Assembly: GCA_964035545.1 (NCBI GenBank)
Contig: OZ037765.1
Span: 4,164,698 to 4,228,697 of the forward strand
Source: Bugula neritina
Taxonomy: Eukaryota; Animalia; Bryozoa
DNA length: 64,000 nt
Reading direction: 5' to 3'
Below the pieces are notes generated by a model that was not told the origin of the DNA, made no database searches, and saw only the letters and a list, made by a program, of their open reading frames with translations. The first letter of the stretch is position 1, and each line of letters begins with the position of its first letter. Below, piece after piece: positions 1 through 52,474 of this stretch. The translations under genes were made by a program, and so were the position numbers.

Positions 1-120
1 CTAGTAGCGCGAAGCTGCTACTATTACTCATAAACAGCCTAGCTAATTGGCTAATACATTGTTCCGGGTCAATACGCAACCTTGCGTATTGTGTTGCTGG
101 TAGCTCCACGAGCCACCACA
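1..120 (-). mobile_element. 5' end of an LTR related to the Gypsy element at 7723-15252 (solo LTR, or 5' LTR of an element extending left of the window)
   Basis: The reverse complement starts TGTGGTGGCTCGTGGAGCTACCAGCA, identical to the first 26 nt of the LTR at 7723. It also shares TTGACCCGGAACAA and AGCCAATTAGC, and is flanked by ATAT at 121-124. Confidence 0.85.
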
Positions 121-934
121 ATATTCCAAAATCTCTTCCTGATTTACCCCAAATTTCACAACTAATCTATCCTTTCAACTAATGAGGAAGCATGATGTGT
201 GTTGGTCATCACTTGAGTCCAAAACACACATTCTCACCATATTGTTTATTTCATGATTATAATACAGTTCACTAAAAAGTGTTGGCTGAAGACCTGGCAC
301 AGTGCAGCTCTAATCAGCATGCTATTCCCAACAAACGAGAGCCACTACTACCTGCAAACCCAGTAGTTTGTTTTTAAATATTTATATTGTTTGAAATGTT
401 TCAAAATGTAATTTGGTAGCAGTTTCTACATTTTATTTTACAGCAAGATGCTCTACATTTAAATAACTCTACAAACTGTAAACACTGCAAACTATTGGTG
501 TTTTATATTCAGTAGTTGTTAACCCACCTGAGATGCTATACGTGCTTGCAGTATACTAAATTTAGACCCAAGCAGTCTTATTTGACAAAGAGTCACTGTG
601 TTTATGTTACAAGTAGTCTTGATCGGCAAAGACTTACTGTGTTCACATCAGCTAAGACCCACACATATAATTTCATGCAGCAAATAATAGCATTCAATGC
701 ATAAATTATTACAACTTGTTTATCAAGATAAGTATAGTCCATGCCTGCAATATTTTGATACTTCCATGAAATAGTAACTATCAATAAAGATTTAAATTTC
801 TTAAATGCAAAACAAAAATGGTGCAGATATTGCTTTTGTGTGTCATACACATGTGGTATGCAAACCTTGGTTTATTATTTATATTATACTCTGTACTCTA
901 TAGTCTAGTAGTACGTATTTATAATCGCTATGAC

Positions 935-1450
935 TAAGCGCAGACTCGTGGGCGTGGTTTAGCTTAAAGCGACCTTGATCCTTTTGGTTTTATAGCTGGT
1001 TCAGTACTCGTTATTTTTATGTTGCTTAGGAAATTAGCTCGCGCACGCGCGTAAAAGTTACAGCGTGCCTAATGCATCATTTTTTAAATAAGACTGTCTG
1101 CATCCCCTCCCCAGAGCGATTTGTTAAGCCTTTGACATTTTCAAAGAAATGGCATCATGGGCCCATGGTTCGTTAGTTTCGAAAAGACATTGAACTAAAA
1201 CTTCCTTTTCTTTCAATCATCAATGGTAGGCTATAGGTTAACAATAACTATTACTTTTGAAAAGTTTTAGCCTATTACTCAGGACAGCCTCCGAAAGATA
1301 TTATTCATTTTCAAAATAATCTTAGTGAAAGGTAGTCAGTTTTGAAAGTAGACAAACTAGAATTAAATGACACTCACACTGGCAGAGCTTGAAGTTTATA
1401 AATAATCAATTAATTCGAGTTTCAAAGCGACTGACACTGGGCATAGATAC
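935..1450 (+). promoter_or_regulatory. Putative promoter/5' region of RPTP copy 1
   Basis: Aligns with blocks upstream of copies 2 (~27830-28290) and 3 (~46000-46460). Locally CpG-rich, with GGGCG(T/C)GG, TTGCTTAGGAA, CGCGCACGC..GTAAAAGTTACAGCGTG and ACTTCCT shared by all three. The ATG exon is preceded by a splice acceptor (2417-2418), implying an upstream non-coding exon. Confidence 0.4.
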
Positions 1451-2470
1451 AAGTACGAGTAAATATTGTAATTATCATTTATAACTTGTATCATATTGAT
1501 ATTCAACATTTAGATAACAGCTAAAACTAAAAGAAACTCACTCACCAGGACTCGGCGAGACTAATTTTAATACCAATACCAAATACTAATGAAGTAAGAT
1601 AATAGTAATACTAATACTATGTTCATAGGCATTCACTTACTTATAGTGATAATACTATGGAGTATGGTACTAGTAGTAACACAAAAACTTGTGGTTGTAG
1701 TTATACACCTACACTTACAGTGACTGTAATATTAAGTCTAATAGTAATTATAGTCATAGCCCATAGGCATAGCCATCAGTATCACTATGTATTAGACTTA
1801 ATGTGAAAATAACTATAACTTAGTATTAGTAATACTAATACTAATATATATTAGTCTAACACCAACATGTATTGGACTGAAAATGACTACAACTATTACT
1901 ATATTAGTATTAGACTAATCAATATTACTATAACTACTAATACATTTTCAGTTTCAATCCAATACATGTTAACTAGCACTATTATCTATCACCTATGTTT
2001 ATGGCTGTATTACTATGTAATAGTAATAGTAATATATAGTATATGTAATAATTAATTATAATTATGATACAATAGAAAGTCTGCTTTAACGGAACTTGGA
2101 TGGTTTTTGTTTCATGTCTGATTTATATTAAGTGAACGATTATTTATATGCCTAGTCAGTAGTCTTTTACTGAAAATATTATAAAATAATATAATATAGG
2201 TACATATAGTTAAATATATATAGTACATAGTGATAGTATGTAAACTATATTTAGTGCAATACCTATTACTAGTATGGGCTATCTATTTCTACAGTATCTC
2301 ACTGGGAGCACATTAGAAAATAACAAAGGGGCTGATGAGTTGCAGTGCTTTTGCATTTAATATAATTAGCTTTACTTTTTTTATTCGTGTTGAAACTCTT
2401 CATTATATGTATTTCTAGGTTGGGTTATAAACTGAGACACTATTGTTAGTGGCTCTAATATTCTGGTGAA

Positions 2471-26814
<24,344 letters not shown>

Positions 26815-29454
26815 AACTTGTCTCTCAGCTGCAGTTGTAGAAAGATTTTGTCTGATGGATTTACATTGCACTATGTCTTCTATACACAAATGCACCTTTT
26901 TTTTCATATTTTGCAAAGTTTTTTCATTCAATAATAATGTTTTATTTGGTAATATTTGTGATATTATAAACTGTATTTTTTTATTTCAATTATATTCCTC
27001 AGCATATCACGTGTGAGGAAGTATTTTTTGTATTTTCTGTATTTGTCTATGAATTACTCTAAATAATTTCTTTAAATCAAAAAATATCTAGTAATAAGCC
27101 CATCTGAAACTTAAAATTTATTAATTACAGTTAACAGTTAGTAATGAGAATTAGTCTTCTAAATTATCAATCTAAATAACTTAAATTATTAATGTATGTA
27201 ACTACGTACTTTTTCTGGTTGCACTTTTTAATTAATAATATATTTAATTCTAGCGTTCTAAAATTCAGAAGGTTTCCTAAATATATCAAATAATATAAAT
27301 AAGTGATGAAGGTCAATATTAGCATTAGAAAGATGCTCAAAGTCACTTAAATGAAAATGAAAAAGCTATCAGCTTAATAAAGATGAAGGATTCTGCTGGC
27401 ATGGTATGACATGAGATTACAGTTTAGCTTGTATACAAATTAAAATATGCTGCTAGTGTACAAGCTAAAATTTTCCTACTGATATCCCAGACAGCATATT
27501 TAGTCCCTCTTGAGTCAGGATTTCTTGAATTATTACCAAATCTCATAACTCTTCCATCCCCTGAGTTGCTGAGGAACTGAAATTTTTGTTGATCAATACT
27601 TGAGTTCAAAAAATGAATTTCCACTGGATTGTTTTTTGATAATATAAGTAGCTTGAAAGTGTTGACTGGGAACCTAAAGCATATTGATGCTTTTACGAAA
27701 TATTAATTGGTAATAAATATTTCAAATGCTAGGTGTAAAGCAAACAAAACGGTGTAGTATGTAAAACTTGGTTGGGTATTTATAATATTATTGCGATCAG
27801 GCGTATTTGTAATTTCTTTATAAATACCAAGTGCAGACGGGTGGGCGCGGTTTCAACTATAACGACCTTGACAATTTTAGTTTCATATTCGGTTTAGCGC
27901 GCGTTTCTATAATCTATTGCTTAGGAATTCTCGTCGCGCACGCTTGTAAAAGTTACAGCGTGTCAAATCCATTCTTTTGTAAACAAGATTCGTCTGCACA
28001 TTTTCAAATACTGTAATCACTCATCACTGCACAGTAGTTTCGAAAACTAGAACTTCCTTTTGTGTAGGTGGTTGGCTATAAAGTAGTAATAGTTTAATAC
28101 TGAGGATAGTCTCAAAAGAGGAAGTTTTCAAAATAATCACACAGAAAACGATACAGTTTCGAAAGTCCTAGACGTGTTGGCAGAGCTTGAACTTGAAGTT
28201 TATCAATAACTGAATGAGTATAACTATAACCAACTCGGTTTGAGTTTCACTTTCAGTGCTACTGAAACTGTGAGTACAACTACAAGTAAATATTATAATA
28301 TTAATTAAGAATATTATAATCATTTAACTTAAATCATATTCATATTGATATTCAACATTTATAGATAAAAGGCTATAAGTAAACGTACCTCACTCAGTAA
28401 GACTAATTCTAATACTAATAGTAATAGCAATCCGGAATGCTAATGTAATACTAATACTAGTAGTAACACTAACAGTAATACTAATAGTAATAATACTAAG
28501 TATAGTAGGCTACTATAATCAATATTCAAAAATGCTCCATAGTAGTCTATAAGTATAGCACTAACATTAACACTAGTTATCATGAGAGTATGTCTATAGA
28601 CATCCACATACTCATAGTGATAGTACATTGGAATGAGTGATGTGCGTTTGGTTTTGCCTTCCCCTGTTATCTGTGGTGGCAAAAACTGTACAGCTAAAAC
28701 TTGAATTTTGCTGTAGATATAAAGAAGTTTTTTTAATAATAAATAAATAAAGATCAGATGCAACAAAATTAACAAAGTTTCAATATATTTGTTGTGTCCC
28801 ACCCAGTGTCCCACCCAGTGGCCCATTGTACCCCGGTACCAGGGCACAATGGGCCGAATTTGTAGTCATAAAAGTTTCATTATTCTGAAAGTCATGAAAG
28901 AGATAGAAACAACAAACTGATACCTGTAATAGACAAAAGATGCAGCATTTAGACTAGAAATTATTGAACTAGTAACTTGGAAAACAGACGAATAAAAGCT
29001 AAAAATTAAAAATTTAGCTCGTTGTGCCCCCCCCCCCCCCCCCCTCTACTATAAGTATGATCTAATTTAAAGTTTACATTACTCTTTAATTTAACTTAGT
29101 TGGTTTTGTTTTATGTCTGATTTATAGTAAGTGAACGATTATTTAGTTACCTAATCAGTAATCTTTTACTGAAAAATAATGTAAAATAATATACATAAAT
29201 GTATATACATAGTGATAGTATACATTACTATATTTAGTGCAATATTACTAATATGGGCTATCTATTTTTACAGTATATCACTAGGAGCATGCTAGAAAAT
29301 AACAAAGGGGCTGCTGTGTTGCACTGTTTTTCATATAATGTAACTAGCTTTGCTCTTTTTGATTTGTGATAAAACTTTTCATCTTATATATTTCCAGATT
29401 AAGGGTTACAAACTGAAACACTTTTGCTAGTGGCTGTAACAATATTCTAGGAAA

Positions 29455-44958
<15,504 letters not shown>

Positions 44959-47597
44959 AACTTGTCTCTCAGCTGCAGCTGTAGGAAGATCTTGTCTGGT
45001 GGATTTACACTGAACTATGTCTACTATACACATATGCACCTTTTTTCCATATTTTGCAAAGTTTTTTCATTCAATAATAATGTTTTATTTGGTAATATTT
45101 GTGATATTATAAACTGTATTTTTTTATTTCAATTATATTCCTCAGCATATCACGTGTGAGGAAGTATTTTTTGTATTTTCTGTATTTGTCTATGAATTAC
45201 TCTAAATAATTTCTTTAAATCAAAAAATATCTAGTAATAAGCCCATCTGAAACTTAAAATTTATTAATTACAGTTAACAGTTAGTAATGAGAATTAGTCT
45301 TCTAAATTATCAATCTAAATAACTTAAATTATTAATGTATGTAACTACGTACTTTTTCTGGTTGCACTTTTTAATTAATAATATATTTAATTCTAGCGTT
45401 CTAAAATTCAGAAGGTTTCCTAAATATATCAAATAATATAAATAAGTGATGAAGGTCAATATTAGCATTAGAAAGATGCTCAAAGTCACTTAAATGAAAA
45501 TGAAAAAGCTATCAGCTTAATAAAGATGAAGGATTCTGCTGGCATGGTATGACATGAGATTACAGTTTAGCTTGTATACAAATTAAAATATGCTGCTAGT
45601 GTACAAGCTAAAATTTTCCTACTGATATCCCAGACAGCATATTTAGTCCCTCTTGAGTCAGGATTTCCTGAATTACTACCAAATCTCATAACTCTTCCAT
45701 CCCCTAAGTTACTGAAGAACTAATATTTTTGTCGATCAATACTTGAGTTCAAAAAATGAATTTCCACTGTATTGTTTTTTGATAATGTAAGTAGCTTGAA
45801 AGTGTTGACTGAGAACCTAAAGTATATTGATGCTTTTACGAAATATTCATTGGTAATAAATATTTCAAATGCTAGGTGTAAAGCAAACAAAACGGTGTAG
45901 ATATTCCTTTCTATCACGAATCCGTAGTACGTAAAACTTGATTGGGTATTTATAATATTATTACGATCCGGCGTATTTGTAATTTCTTTGTAAATACCAA
46001 GTGCAGACCGGTGGGCGCGGTTTCAACTAAAACGACCTTGACAATTTTAGTTTCCTATTTCATATTCGGTTTAGCGCGCGTTGACTTTCTATGATCAATT
46101 GCTTAGGAATTCTCGTCGCGCACGCTTGTAAAAGTTACAGCGTGTCAAATCCATTCTTTTCTTAACAAGATTCGTCTGCACATTTTCAAATACTGTAATC
46201 ACTTATCACTGCACAGTAGTTTCGAAAACTAGAACTTCCTTCTGTGTAGGTGGTTGGCTATAAAGTAGTAATAGTTTAATACTGAGGATAGTCTCAAAAA
46301 ATGAAGTTTTCAAAATAATCACACAAAAACAATACAGTTTCGAAAGTCCTAGACGTGTTGGCAGAGCTTGAAGTTTATCAATAACTGAATGAGTATAACT
46401 ATAACCAACTCGGTTTGAGTTTCACTTTCAATGCTACTGAAAATGTGAGTACAACTACAAGTAAATATTATAATTAATAATATTATAATCATTCAACTTA
46501 AATCATATTCATATTGATATTCAACATTTATAGATAAAAGGCTATAAGTAAACGTACCTCACTCAGTAAGACTAATTCTAATAGTAATAGCAATCTGGAA
46601 TGCTAATGTAATACTAATACTAGTAGTAACACTAACAGTAATACTAATAGTAATAATACTAAGTATAGTAGGCTACTATAATCAATATTCAATAAAGCTC
46701 CATAGTAGTCTATAAGTATAGCACTAACATTAACACTAGTTATCATTTGAGTATGTCTATAGACATCCACATACTCATAGTGATAGTACATTGGAATGAG
46801 TGATGTGTGTTTGGTTTTGCTTTCCCCTGCTATCCGTGGTGGCAAAAACTGTACAGCTAAAACATGAATTTTGCTGTAGATCTAAATATTAAATAAATAA
46901 AGATCAGATGCAACCAAATCAACAAAGTTTCAATATATTTGTTGTGTCCCACCCAGTATCCTACCCAGTGGCCCATTGTACCCGGTACCAGGGCACAATG
47001 GGCCGAATTTGTCGTCATGAAAGTTTCATTATTCTGAAAGTCGTGAAAGAGATAGAAACAACAAACTGATACCTGTAATAGACAAAAGATGCAGCATTTA
47101 GACTAGAGATTATTGAACTAGTAACTTGAAAAACAGACGAATGAGAGCTAAAAATTAAAAATTCAGCTCGTTGTGCCCGTCACCTCTACTATAAGTATGA
47201 TTTAATTTAAAGTTTACATTACTCTTTAATTTAACTTAGATGGTTTTGTTTTATGTCTGATTTATAGTAAGTGAACGATTATTTAGTTACTTAATCAGTA
47301 ATCTTTTACTGAAAAATAATATAAAATAATATACATAAATATATATACATAGTGATAGTATACATTACTATATTTAGTGCAATAATATTACTGATATGGG
47401 CTATCTATTTTTACAGTATATCACTAGGAGCATGCTAGAAAATAACAAAGGGGCTGCTGTGTTGCACTGTTTTTCATATAATGTAACTAGCTTTGCTCTT
47501 TTTGATTTGTGATAAAACTTTTCATCTTATATATTTCCAGATTAAGGGTTACAAACTGAAACACTTTTGCTAGTGGCTGTAACAATATTCTAGTAAA

Positions 47598-50500
47598 ATG
47601 GTGCTGCTGAAGTTGCAAGTAGCTGTATTTGTGTTAGCAACTGTTGATGGTGAGTGACTTTTTGATTATTATTTCAGTCACAGTTCAATAATTTCTATCT
47701 GTTGCTTTGATTAAGTGTGCAAATGCATATTTTAATGCAGTTGACTGTATTTAGCATAGCATCCTATATATAAAAGCTGATGCTGATATGAATATTTATG
47801 CCAAATAAACTGCCTTCAATGATAGCCTTACATCACTTACATCATAACTTCATAGCTTGCTGATAACACGTGCCTGTTTTAGCCATTACTGATAGATCCT
47901 AATAATACATGAGTGTTCCAAACTTCCTCTTACTGTTCATTATTTTGTTGTTTGTCTAGTAATTGAAACCACTTGGAGTAACTTGTGTATACAGTTTCAG
48001 CATTATACAATCAGTCTTTTATTTGTTAGCACGCAGTGTCTATTTGCTAGTGGGGGCTCTCTTTCAATCTATTTCAAAAACCTATCCATTGTAAAGGCTG
48101 TCAAAATATCTTCTGTAGGGCTTCTATTAAAGTATTCCCAAATTAATAGCCCAGTCATGTTTTCTGAGAATAGCAAAGCCTAGTAAGAAATATGTTGTTT
48201 GTTTGGTAAATGTTTGTGAAAAACACACATATAGCTAAACTTAATGGTCGGCTTCACAACACTAAACTCTCCTATTTACAGAAATCTATTAGTAATTTGG
48301 GTTATGTTTTTTGTTGTAAATTGGGCTAATAAGTTATTATACCATCAGTGAACTAAGATCTCCTACACTCTTGTTTGTCTGGAGAATTCTTATGCAGTAT
48401 TATTGTTCATCTATAATTTTACTGTTTTATTTTGTTGGTTTTTCAGATAAATGGATGTTTTTTGTCCTTATTGCTACCTTCATTTTCATTTAACATTACT
48501 TGTACGTAAGCAGTTAAGCATTTGTAAATGTTTGTCAGAAGATATAATAATTATAGCTAACTATGTGCTATGCCACTTGCTTTGTTTTTGTTTTTATAAA
48601 ATCTGCCTTTGCATACTTTTTCAGCTTTAACCTGTGACTGGACATCAGGTGTGGGTAGACTAGAACCTTACATAACATCTGGTACTTTAAAAACTCTCTC
48701 TGTAAACAGTGAAGATGAGTGTAGAGCTCAGTGTATGCAGCAGACATCATTTATATGTGCCTCAATAAACTACAGAACTAATAATGGAAACTGTCAACTG
48801 TTAGCAGAGAATACTCAGACTGCTACTACTAGTAGTTCTGATAGTCAGTGGAGATACTTTGTTAGACCAGACTGTGCTGGTGAGTATAGAATAACATTCC
48901 AATCTCAACTGCAAGGGGTACTCCAGAAATATATTGGAATACTTTGGCCATTCACAATATTGCTCAATTAAGTTATAATCAAAATATAGGCATGGCATAA
49001 TATATTTGTGTAGATTTGATAGAAATTAGTTCCAGCAAGTTTTATTAGAACTCTTTCCAGATAGGCCAACGTAGAAACTATAGAGATTGCACACAGTAGT
49101 GGTAATGATAAAGAGTAACCATCACTATCTTTTCTACATTCAATTGTTTGTAGTTTGCCTCCTTAAATGTAACACACCACATCTTTATAACCAAATATTT
49201 GCTTTAAGAAATTGTTTAATATTACAATATTATGCTAACTGTATTTCTGGGGATTAGGTACGTGAATGTGCCAACCAAAGTACGTTTATATATTTGTTTA
49301 AGTCACACTTTTTTTAAAATGTAAACTACTTATTCAACTCTCTTGCAAACAATTTGCCTTTAAGTCTAACTTTTTAAACATATTCTTCATTAATGTTATT
49401 TCACCTAGAACAGTAAATAAATGTAAAAGCTGGCATGGAGGTTTCTAACTCTTGCAGTTGTGTAGCTTTATTTTTACTAAGCATTTATGTGTTGCTATAA
49501 GCTTGAATATTGTATTTCACAGGAATATGGCAGCCATGGACAGCTACTAGAGGTTACTATCTAAGCAGTGGAGTACAAAAGTACAGCCATATAAGTACAT
49601 CTGACCTCAGAGACTGTATGAGTTTCTGTTTACAAGATGAAGACATCAGTTATAACTGTAGTTCTATAGTGAAGGCAGTGAGTGGAGATCAATGTGAGAT
49701 TGTCAACAAGAGATCAGATGATACTGGGGTGACACCAGAAGTACATACAGACTATCAATACTTTAACCTCCCTCTCTGGTATTCAGGTATGAGTGAAACT
49801 TTTGATATTTGCTTTATATTTCTAACTGTACTTTAACTGATACTCTCTTTATTATTTTATAATAGTAGTATCAAATTTTTTATGTTTATTATTTCAATAT
49901 TATAAAAGCGGTATAATGACGCTGTATACATGTATAGTTTAATAAAAATGTACGTGTATCTAGTTTGTTGAGAATACATGGGTAGAGATTATGATGAACT
50001 TGAACTGAGTAAAATGTTGATCAACCTTATATATTTGGTTACTAGATACACTAAACGGTGACACGGCATTTCGAAAATGACAATTGGAGAACACCTATTT
50101 GGAAAATGGACAATTGGAAAATAGACATTTGGAAAATGAAGAATATTCAACATGGTCTAGTCCTGAGGGGTTGCCCAGCATCTGGTTAATTCTAAATTAA
50201 CTTTTGAAAATAAATATAATGGCCGAATCAGTTAGGCTATCATAGAAGTAGAATTAGTTACTGAGTAGTTCTAATTTAAAATTGTTCACATTTACAAAAC
50301 GCTTTTTAAACCCGACCACATACTAAACACCCCCTCTGAAATAGGCCATGTTGAATATTCTTCATTTACCAAATGTCAGTTTCCAAATGTCTATTTTCTA
50401 ATTGTCCATTTTTCAATGGTAGGTGTTTTCCAATAATGGTCATTTTCGTATTGTTGCGGATTCACACTAAACACATGTAAAAAAATTTATTTGTGTAGCA

Positions 50501-52427
50501 AATTATTGTGAAGTATTATTTTAATTGTGAAATGACAGCTGATTGATACAACTGCAATGTAACGCACCATATTTAAATTACCTTGAAAATGAAAATTTTG
50601 ATGTTTACCTTCGCAATATATAACATATGTACGTGCTAACTGGAATTTCACTCTAGTTGGAGTTATCTATTAATAATAACAGCGAAGACTTGACAAGTAA
50701 ACTTTCCAAGTTTCTAATATTTTATGTAATTAGGATGTAATCTAAAAATAATCTGAACACTTGTTACATGTTGTGAGAACACATTGTTTCTGTCTAGTTT
50801 TATATAAAATATATTTTGTATACTCTAGATAACTCTGACAGTACGACCAACACAAAGATATTTAATTATGGATCAGCTGGACCTGCTTTCATGTTACTCT
50901 TCAACTATAAGATAGAAGCAGACGGATATTTAGTTGGCTGGAAGTATATGATTGGTCGTTCTATTGACTCCTGTGACTCATATGCTGCTATCTGGAGACA
51001 GACAGGAGAAGGTACCTCTGCTGTATTCAATCTGATTACAGAAACTCTACTCACACCTGAAGATGTATCTTCAGGAGGAATCAGATTCCAGTTTGTGCAA
51101 AACTCTACAGAAGTAGTTAGAAAAGGAGACTTTCTTGCTCTGTATGTAGAAGACTTGAATAGATCTGGTTGTGAAGGTAACCTCGTCTCATTTAGATATC
51201 GTTTGACAACAGATCCTGAAGCTTATAAACGTAGAAGTAATCCTAACAGAGACAGAGTAGACAGACTCACAGCTTTAGATGTTAAACAAGAATGGAGAGG
51301 AGTAGCACTGAGAGCCTACATAGCAGGTGATACTCTTACACTGGTGCAGTGAGCTGTAGATTGATGAGTAAAGCGCAGTACATCCATTAGTTGTTTTAAG
51401 TTTTATGTTTTGATGTAAAGTTCACTCATACTAGAACATGATAAATCTACACATATAGTTGTAAACTTCCTTGGCTACTGTCTCACTAGTATATAATATA
51501 CAGTTTTGATGAATCTTACAGCTATTCACACTCAGCAGCCGTGCATGAAGATTGTGTCACAGCTGCTATGTACTATAAACAATGTTAACCTAATGATAAA
51601 TACAGCAATATTTAATTTATTGAATTTACCTATTAACGGACAGGTGCCTTTTATAAGTGAAACTTGTGCTTATTATGCTACTTATTGTTTGTTATAAATT
51701 TTAAGGAATGAGAATAATATTTTTATGCTGTTCACTTTTTTAGAAATTCTGAAGCTGTCTGGAGACCCAGTATCTTCTCACACAGATGTGTCATCAGGAG
51801 AAATCAGAATTACATGGGAATTCCCAGCTACTACACCCAATCAGGAGCTCACAACTACACATTTTAAAATAGAATGTTCAGACAACTCCAATTTCAACAC
51901 AATAATAAGCTCTAAATTAGTTTCTATAGACTACAGAGAGACTGTGATTAGTAATCTGAATATACAACAACCTTATTATGCTAGAGTATCTACTGTGAGG
52001 AATAATAATAGTGAAGAGTTAATACAAGATGTCTATACAGTCGGCTCTCTATTCTGTGCAAGTATAAATTATTTATAAGCTAATTTTATAATTTGCCACA
52101 AACAAAACAATTATATAATATAAGTATATAATTGTTACTCGTCATATAAAATTGTCAAGTAAATTGTTCACCTAATTATAATGTTACATAGTAGAAGTGT
52201 TAGACTGGTAATAATATTTTACAGATAAAATAATCAAGTATAGAGTATATCATATATATAGTATCTATTATAGTATATATGTATATATGTGTGTGTGCGT
52301 GCGTGCGTGCGTGTATATGTGTGTGTGTATACGTGTGTGTGTGCGTGCGCGCGTGTGTGTATATGTGTAAATATATGTGTATATATATATGTATGTGTAT
52401 ATATATATGTATGTGTATATATATATG

Positions 52428-52474
<47 letters not shown>

